Positions 51,701-61,000 of a stretch of 64,000 bases of DNA are shown here, piece after piece (the first letter of the stretch is position 1; every line of letters begins with the position of its first letter). The DNA lies in contig OZ024742.1 in NCBI GenBank assembly GCA_964016885.1, positions 62,930,001 through 62,994,000 of the forward strand, given 5' to 3'. Source of the DNA: Eledone cirrhosa (lineage: Eukaryota). The translations under genes were made by a program, and so were the position numbers. The notes under the pieces are model-generated. The model ran no database searches, was not told where the DNA came from, and worked only from the letters and a program-made list of their open reading frames with translations.

Positions 51701-54700
51701 GTCTGTCTTCTCTTAACTTCTTACTACCTGTCTCTCGGTCAGTCTTTCATCTCTTAACTTCTTACTACCTGTCTCTCTGTCAGTCTGTCTTCACTTAACT
51801 TCTTACTACCTGTCTCACTGTCAGTCTGTCATCTCTTAACTTCTTACAACCTGTCTCTCTATCAGTCTGTGTTCTCTTAACTCCTTACTACCTGCCTCTC
51901 TGTCAGTCTGTCTTCTCTTAACTTCTTACTACCTGTCTCTCTGTCAGTCTTTCATTTCTTAACTTCTTACTACCTGTCTCTCTGTCAGTCTGTCTTCTAT
52001 TAACTTCTTACTACCTGTCTCTCTGTCAGTCTGTCTTCTCTTAACTTCTTACTACCTGTCTCTCTGACAGTCTGTCATCTCTTAACTTCTTACTACCTGT
52101 CTCTCTGTCAGTCTGTCATCTCTTAACTTCTTACTACCTTTCTCTCTGTCAGTCTGTCTTCTCTTAACTACTTACTATCTGTCTCTCTGTCAGTCTGTGT
52201 TCTCTTAACTCCTTACTACCTGCCTCTCTGTCAGTCTTTCATCTCTTAACTTCTTACTACCTGTCTCTCTGTCAGTCTGTCTTCTCTTAACTTCTTACTA
52301 CATGTCTCTCTGTCAGTCTGTCTTCTCTTAACTTCTTACTACCTGTCTCTCGGTCAGTCTTTCATCTCTTAACTTCTTACTACCTGTCTCTCTGTCAGTC
52401 TGTCTTCACTTAACTTCTTACTACCTGTCTCACTGTCAGTCTGTCATCTCTTAACTTCTTACTATCTGTCTCTCTGTCAGTCTGTCTTCTCTTAACTTCT
52501 TACTACCTGTCTCTCTGTCAGTCTGTCTTCTCTTAACTTCTTACTACCTGTCTCTCTGTCAGTCTGTTTTCTCTTAACTTCTTACTACCTGTCTCTCTGA
52601 CAGTCTGTCATCTCTTAACTTCTTACTACATGTCTCTCTGTCAGTCTGTCATCTCTTTACTTCTTACTACCTGTCTCTCTGTCAGTCTGTCTTCTCTTAA
52701 CTTCTTACTACCTGTCTCACTGTCAGTCTGTCATCTCTTAACTTCTTACTACCTGTCTCTCTGTCAGTCTGTCTTCTCTTAACTTCTTACTACATGTCTC
52801 TCTGTCAGTCTGTCTTCTCTTAACTTCTTACTACATGTCTCTCTGTCAGTCTTTCATCGCTTAAGTTCTTACTACCTGTCTCTCTGTCAGTCTGTCATCT
52901 CTTAAATTCTTACTACCTGTCTCTGTGTCAGTCTGTCTTCTCTTAACTTCTTGCTACATGTCTCTCTGTCAGTCTGTCTTCTCATAACTTCTTACTACCT
53001 GTCTCTCTGTCAGTCTGTCTTCTCTTAACTTCTTACTACATGTCTCTCTGTCAGTCTGTCTTCTCTTAACTTCTTACTACCTGTCTCTCTGTCAGTCTGT
53101 CTTCTCTTAACTTCTTACTACCTGTCTCTCTGTCAGTCTGTCATTTCTTAACTACTTACTATCTGTCTCTCTGTCAGTCTGTGTTCTCTTAACTCCTTAC
53201 TACCTGTCTCTCTGTCAGTCTGTCATATCTTAACTTCTTGCTACATGTCTCTCTGTCAGTCTCTCTTCTCTTAACTTCTTACTATCTGCCTCTCTGTCAG
53301 TCTGTGATCTCTTAACTACTTACTATCTGTCTCTCTGTCAGTCTGTCTTCTCTTAACTTCTTACTACCTGTCTCTCTGTCAGTCTGTCGTCTCTTAACTT
53401 CTTACTACCTGTCTCTCTGTCAGTCTGTCATCTCTTAACTACTTACTATCTGTCTCTCTGTCAGTCTGTGTTCTCTTAACTCCTTACTACCTGCCTCTCT
53501 GTCAGTCTTTCATCTCTTAACTTCTTACTACCTGTCTCTCTGTCAGTCTGTCTTCTCTTAACTTCTTACTACATGTCTCTCTGTCAGTCTGTCTTCTCTT
53601 AACTTCTTACTACCTGTCTCTCGGTCAGTCTTTCATCTCTTAACTTCTTACTACCTGTCTCTCTGTCAGTCTGTCTTCTCTTAACTTCTTACTACATGTC
53701 TCTCTGTCAGTCTGTCTTCTCTTAACTTCTTACTACATGTCTCTCTGTCAGTCTTTCATCGCTTAACTTCTTACTACCTGTCTCTCTGTCAGTCTGTCAT
53801 CTCTTAACTTCTTACTACCTGTCTCTGTGTCAGTCTGTCTTCTCTTAACTTCTTGCTACATGTCTCTCTGTCAGTCTGTCTTCTCTTAACTTCTTACTAC
53901 CTGTCTCTCTGTCAGTCTGTCTTCTCTTAAGTTCTTACTACATGTCTCTCTGTCAGTCTGTCTTCTCTTAACTTCTTACTACCTGTCTCTCTGTCAGTCT
54001 GTCGTCTCTTAACTTCTTACTACCTGTCTCTCTGTCAGTCTGTCATCTCTTAACTACTTACTATCTGTCTCTCTGTCAGTCTGTCTTCTCTTAACTTCTT
54101 ACTACCTGTCTCTCTGTCAGTCTGTCTTCTCTTAACTTCTTACTACCTGTCTCTCTGTCAGTCTGTCATCTCTTAACTACTTACTATCTGTCTCTCTGTC
54201 AGTCTGTGTTCTTTTAACTCCTTACTACCTGCCTCTCTGTCAGTCTTTCATCTCTTAACTTCTTACTACCTGTCTCTCTGTCAGTCTGTTTTCTCTTAAC
54301 TTCTTACTACATGTCTCTCTGTCAGTCTGTCTTCTCTTAACTTCTTACTACCTGTCTCTCGGTCAGTCTTTCATCTCTTAACTTCTTACTACCTGTCTCT
54401 CTGTCAGTCTGTCTTCACTTAACTTCTTACTACCTGTCTCACTGTCAGTCTGTCATCTCTTAACTTCTTACTACCTGTCTCTCTGTCAGTCTGTCTTCTA
54501 TTAACTTCTTACTACCTGTCTCTCTGTCAGTCTGTCTTCTCTTAACTTCTTACTACCTGTCTCTCTGTCAGTCTGTCTTCTCTTAACTTCTTACTACATG
54601 TCTCTCTGTCAGACTGTCTTCTCTTAACTTCTTACTACCTGTCTCTCTGTCAGTCTGTCTTCTCTTAACTTCTTACTACCTGTCTCTCTGTCAGTCTGTC

Positions 54701-55000
54701 ATCTCTTAACTACTTACTATCTGTCTCTCTGTCAGTCTGTGTTCTCTTAACTCCTTACTACCTGCCTCTCTGTCAGTCTTTCATCTCTTAACTTCTTACT
54801 ACCTGTCTCTCTGTCAGTCTGTCTTCTCTTAACTTCTTACTACATGTCTCTCTGTCAGTCTGTCTTCTCTTAACTTCTTACTACCTGTCTCTCGGTCAGT
54901 CTTTCATCTCTTAACTTCTTACTACCTGTCTCTCTGTCAGTCTGTCTTCACTTAACTTCTTACTACCTGTCTCACTGTCAGTCTGTCATCTCTTAACTTC
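48720..55000 (+). repeat. Tandem duplication of a 76/77-monomer (3,116/3,157-bp) block
   Basis: Rare variants CAAC 48731/51847, AAATT 49788/52904, GTGA 50188/53304 and CTTTTA 51095/54211 are offset by 3,116 bp (76x41). CAGAC at 51453/54610 is offset by 3,157 bp (77x41) because the second copy has an extra CGG monomer near 54360. Confidence 0.9.
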
Positions 55001-58000
55001 TTACTATCTGTCTCTCTGTCAGTCTGTGTTCTCTTAACTCCTTACTACCTGCCTCTCTGTCAGTCTTTCATCTCTTAACTTCTTACTACCAGTCTCTCTG
55101 TCAGTCTGTCTTCTCTTAACTTCTTACTACATGTCTCTCTGTCAGTCTGTCTTCTCTTAACTTCTTACTACATGTCTCTCTGTCAGTCTTTCATCGCTTA
55201 ACTTCTTACTACCTGTCTCTCTGTCAGTCTGTCATCTCTTAACTTCTTACTACCTGTCTCTGTGTCAGTCTGTCTTCTCTTAACTTCTTGCTACATGTCT
55301 CTCTGTCAGTCTGTCTTCTCTTAACTTCTTACTACCTGTCTCTCTGTCAGTCTGTCTTCTCTTAAGTTCTTACTACATGTCTCTCTGTCAGTCTGTCTTC
55401 TCTTAACTTCTTACTACCTGTCTCTCTGTCAGTCTGTCGTCTCTTAACTTCTTACTACCTGTCTCTCTGTCAGTCTGTCATCTCTTAACTACTTACTATC
55501 TGTCTCTCTGTCAGTCTGTCTTCTCTTAACTTCTTACTACCTGTCTCTCTGTCAGTCTGTCTTCTCTTAACTTCTTACTACCTGTCTCTCTGTCAGTCTG
55601 TCATCTCTTAACTACTTACTATCTGTCTCTCTGTCAGTCTGTGTTCTCTTAACTCCTTACTACCTGCCTCTCTGTCAGTCTGTCAACTCTTAACTTCTTA
55701 CTACCTGTCTCTCTGTCAGTCTGTCTTCTCTTAACTTCTTACTACCTGTCTCTCTGTCAGTCTGTCATCTCTTAACTTCTTACTACATGTCTCTCTGTCA
55801 GTCTGTGTTCTCTTAACCTCTTACTACCTGTCTCTCTGTCAGTCTGTCATCTCTTAACTTCTTACTACCTGTCTCTCTGTCAGTCTGTCTTCTCTTAACT
55901 TCTTACTACATGTCTCTCTGTCAGTCTGTCTTCTCTTAACTTCTTACTACCTGTCTCTCTGTCAGTCTGTCTTCTCTTAACTTCTTACTACCTGTCTCTC
56001 TGTCAGTCTGTCATCTCTTAACTTCTTACTACCTGTCTCTCTGTCAGTCTGTGTTCTCTTAACTCCTTACTACCTGCCTCTCTGTCAGTCTTTCATCTCT
56101 TAACTTCTTACTACCTGTCTCTCTGTCAGTCTGTCTTCTCTTAACTTCTTACTACCTGTCTCTCGGTCAGTCTTTCATCTCTTAACTTCTTACTACCTGT
56201 CTCTCTGTCAGTCTGTCTTCACTTAACTTCTTACTACCTGTCTCACTGTCAGTCTGTCATCTCTTAACTTCTTACTACCTGTCTCTCTGTCAGTCTGTCT
56301 TCTATTAACTTCTTACTACCTGTCTCTCTGTCAGTCTGTCTTCTCTTAACTTCTTACTACCTGTCTCTCTGTCAGTCTGTCTTCTCTTAACTTCTTACTA
56401 CATGTCTCTCTGTCAGTCTGTCTTCTCTTAACTTCTTACTACCTGTCTCTCTGTCAGTCTGTCTTCTCTTAACTTCTTACTACCTGTCTCTCTGTCAGTC
56501 TGTCATCTCTTAACTACTTACTATCTGTCTCTCTGTCAGTCTGTGTTCTCTTAACTCCTTACTACCTGCCTCTCTGTCAGTCTTTCATCTCTTAACTTCT
56601 TACTACCTGTCTCTCTGTCAGTCTGTCTTCTCTTAACTTCTTACTACATGTCTCTCTGTCAGTCTGTCTTCTCTTAACTTCTTACTACCTGTCTCTCGGT
56701 CAGTCTTTCATCTCTTAACTTCTTACTACCTGTCTCTCTGTCAGTCTGTCTTCACTTAACTTCTTACTACCTGTCTCACTGTCAGTCTGTCATCTCTTAA
56801 CTTCTTACTATCTGTCTCTCTGTCAGTCTGTCTTCTCTTAACTTCTTACTACCTGTCTCTCTGTCAGTCTGTCTTCTCTTAACTTCTTACTACCTGTCTC
56901 TCTGTCAGTCTGTTTTCTCTTAACTTCTTACTACCTGTCTCTCTGACAGTCTGTCATCTCTTAACTTCTTACTACATGTCTCTCTGTCAGTCTGTCATCT
57001 CTTTACTTCTTACTACCTGTCTCTCTGTCAGTCTGTGTTCTCTTAACTCCTTACTACCTGCCTCTCTGTCAGTCTTTCATCTCTTAACTTCTTACTACCA
57101 GTCTCTCTGTCAGTCTGTCTTCTCTTAACTTCTTACTACCTGTCTCTCTGTCAGTCTGTTTTCTCTTAACTTCTTACTACCTGTCTCTCTGACAGTCTGT
57201 CATCTCTTAACTTCTTACTACATGTCTCTCTGTCAGTCTGTCATCTCTTAATTTCTTACTACCTGTCTCTCTATCAGTCTGTGTTCTCTTAACTCCTTAC
57301 TACCTGCCTATCTGTCAGTCTGTCTTCTCTTAACTTCTTACTACCTGTCTCTCTGTCAGTCTTTCATTTCTTAACTTCTTACTACCTGTCTCTCTGTCAG
57401 TCTGTCTTCAATTAACTTCTTACTACCTGTCTCTCTGTCAGTCTGTCTTCTATTAACTTCTTACTACCTGTCTCTCTGTCAGTCTGTCTTCTCTTAACTT
57501 CTAACTACCTGTCTCTCTGACAGTCTGTCATCTCTTAACTTCTTACTACCTGTCTCTCTGTCAGTCTGTCATCTCTTAACTTCTTACTACCTGTCTCTCT
57601 GTCAGTCTGTCTTCTCTTAACTACTTACTATCTGTCTCTCTGTCAGTCTGTGTTCTCTTAACTCCTTACTACCTGCCTCTCTGTCAGTCTTTCATCTCTT
57701 AACTTCTTACTATCAGTCTCGCTGTCAGTCAGTCTTCTCTTAACTTCTTACTACCTGTCTCTCTGTCAGTCTGTCTTCTCTTAACTTCTTACTACCTGTC
57801 TCTCTGTCAGTCTGTCATCTCTTTACTTCTTACTACCTGTCTCTCAGTCAGCCTGTCATCTCTTAACTTTTTACTATTTGTCTCTCTTTCAGTCTCTCTT
57901 CTCTTAACGTCTTACTACCTGTCTCTCTGACAGTCTGTCATCTCTTAACTTCTTACTACCTGTCTCTCTGTCAGTCTGTCATCTCTTAACTTCTTACTAC

Positions 58001-61000
58001 CTGTCTCTCTGTCAGTCTGTCTTCTCTTAACTACTTACTATCTGTCTCTCTGTCAGTCTGTGTTCTCTTAACTCCTTACTACCTGCCTCTCTGTCGGTCT
58101 TTCATCTCTTAACTTCTTACTACCTGTCTCTCTGTCAGTCTGTCTTCTCTTAACTTCTTACTACCTGTCTCACTGTCAGTCTGTCATCTCTTAACTTCTT
58201 ACTACCTGTCTCTCTGTCAGTCTGTCTTCTCTTAACTTCTGACTACATGTCTCTCTGTCAGTCTGTCTTCTCTTAACTTCTTACTACATGTCTCTCTGTC
58301 AGTCTTTCATCGCTTAAGTTCTTACTACCTGTCTCTCTGTCAGTCTGTCATCTCTTAACTTCTTACTACCTGTCTCTGTGTCAGTCTGTCTTCTCTTAAT
58401 TTCTTGCTACATGTCTCTCTGTCAGTCTGTCTTCTCTTAACTTCTTACTACCTGTCTCTCTGTCAGTCTGTCTTCTCTTAACTTCTTACTACATGTCTCT
58501 CTGTCAGTCTGTCTTCTCTTAACTTCTTACTACCTGTCTCTCTGTCAGTCTGTCTTCTCTTAACTTCTTACTACCTGTCTCTCTGTCAGTCTGTCATTTC
58601 TTAACTACTTACTATCTGTCTCTCTGTCAGTCTGTGTTCTCTTAACTCCTTACTACCTGTCTCTCTGTCAGTCTGTCATCTCTTAACTTCTTGCTACATG
58701 TCTCTCTGTCAGTCTCTCTTCTCTTAACTTCTTACTATCTGCCTCTCTGTCAGTCTGTCATCTCTTAACTACTTACTATCTGTCTCTCTGTCAGGCTGTC
58801 TTCTCTTAACTTCTTACTATCTGTCTCTCTGTCAGTCTGTCATCTCTTAACTTCTTACTACCTGTCTCTCTGTCAGGCTGTCATCTCTTAACTACTTACT
58901 ATCTGTCTCTCTGTCAGTCTGTGTTCTCTTAAATCCTTACTACCTGCCTCTCTGTCAGTCTTTCATCTCTTAACTTCTTACTACCTGTCTCTCTGTCAGT
59001 CTGTCTTCTCTTAACTTCTTACTACATGTCTCTCTGTCAGTCTGTCTTCTCTTAACTTCTTACTACCTGTCTCTCGGTCAGTCTTTCATCTCTTAACTTC
59101 TTACTACCTGTCTCTCTGTCAGTCTGTCTTCACTTAACTTCTTACTACCTGTCTCACTGTCAGTCTGTCATCTCTTAACTTCTTACTACCTGTCTCTCTG
59201 TCAGTCTGAACTCTATTAACTTCTTACTACCTGTCTCTCTGTCAGTCTCTCTTCTCTTAACTTCTTACTACCTGTCTCTCTGTCAGTCTGTCATCTCTTA
59301 ACTTCTTACTACCTGTCTCTTTGTCTGTCTGTCTTCTCTTAACTTCTTACTACCTGTCTCTCTGTCAGTCTGTCATCTCTTAACTTCTTACTATCTGTCT
59401 CTCTGTCAGTCTGTCTTCGCTTAACTTCTTACTACCTGTCTCTCTGTCAGTCTGTCATCTCTTAACTTCTTAGTACCTGTCTCTCAGTCAGTCTGTCTTC
59501 TCTTAACTTCTTACTACCTGTCTCTCTGACAGTCTGTCATCTCTTAACTTCTTACTACCTGTCTCTCTGTCAGTCTGTCATCTCTTAACTTCTTACTACC
59601 TGTCTCTCTGTCAGTCTGTCTTCTCTTAACTACTTACTATCTGTCTCTCTGTCAGTCTGTGTTCTCTTAACTCCTTACTACCTGCCTCTCTGTCAGTCTT
59701 TCATCTCTTAACTTCTTACTATCGGTCTCTCTGTCAGTCTGTCTTCTCTTAACTTCTTACTACCTGTCTCTCTGTCAGTCTGTCTTCTCTTAACTTCTTA
59801 CTACCTGTCTCTCTGTCAGTCTGTTATCTCTTTACTTCTTACTACCTGTCTCTCAGTCAGTCTGTCATCTCTTAACTTTTTACTATTTGTCTCTCTTTCA
59901 GTCTCTCTTCTCTTAACTTCTTACTACCTGTCTCTCGGACAGTCTTTCATCTCTTAACTTCTTACTACCTGTCTCTCTGTCAGTCTGTCTTCTCTTAACT
60001 TCTTACTACCTGTCTCACTGTCAGTCTGTCATCTCTTAACTTCTTACTACCTGTCTCTCTGTCAGTCTGTCTTCTCTTAACTTCTTACTACATGTCTCTC
60101 TGTCAGTCTGTCTTCTCTTAACTTCTTACTACATGTCTCTCTGTCAGTCTTTCATCGCTTAACTTCTTACTAACTGTCTCTCTGTCAGTCTGTCATCTCT
60201 TAACTTCTTACTACCTGTCTCTCTGTCAGTCTGTCTTCTCTTAACTTCTTGCTACATGTCTCTCTGTCAGTCTGTCTTCTCTTAACTTCTAACTACCTGT
60301 CTCTCTGTCAGTCTGTCTTCTCTTAAGTTCTTACTACATGTCTCTCTGTCAGTCTGTCTTCTCTTAACTTCTTACTACCTGTCTCTCTGTCAGTCTGTCA
60401 TCTCTTAACTACTTACTATCTGTCTCTCTGTCAGTCTGTCTTCTCTTAACTTCTTACTACCTGTCTCTCTGTCAGTCTGTCTTCTCTTAACTTCTTACTA
60501 CCTGTCTCTCTGTCAGTCTGTCATCTCTTAACTACTTACTATCTGTCTCTCTGTCAGTCTGTGTTCTCTTAACTCCTTACTACCTGCCTCTCTGTCAGTC
60601 TTTCATCTCTTAACTTCTTACTACCTGTCTCTCTGTCAGTCTGTCTTCTCTTAACTTCTTACTACATGTCTCTCTGTCAGTCTGTCTTCTCTTAACTTCT
60701 TACTACCTGTCTCTCGGTCAGTCTTTCATCGCTTAACCTCTTACTACCTGTCTCTCTGTCAGTCTGTCTTCACTTAACTTCTTACTACCTGTCTCACTGT
60801 CAGTCTGTCATCTCTTAACTTCTTACTACCTGTCTCTCTGTCAGTCTGTCTTCTATTAACTTCTTACTACCTGTCTCTCTGTCAGTCTGTCTTCTCTTAA
60901 CTTCTTACTACATGTCTCTCTGTCAGTCTGTCATCTCTTAACTTCTTACTATTTGTCTCTCTGTCAGTCTGTCTTCTCTTAACTTCTTACTACCTGCCTC

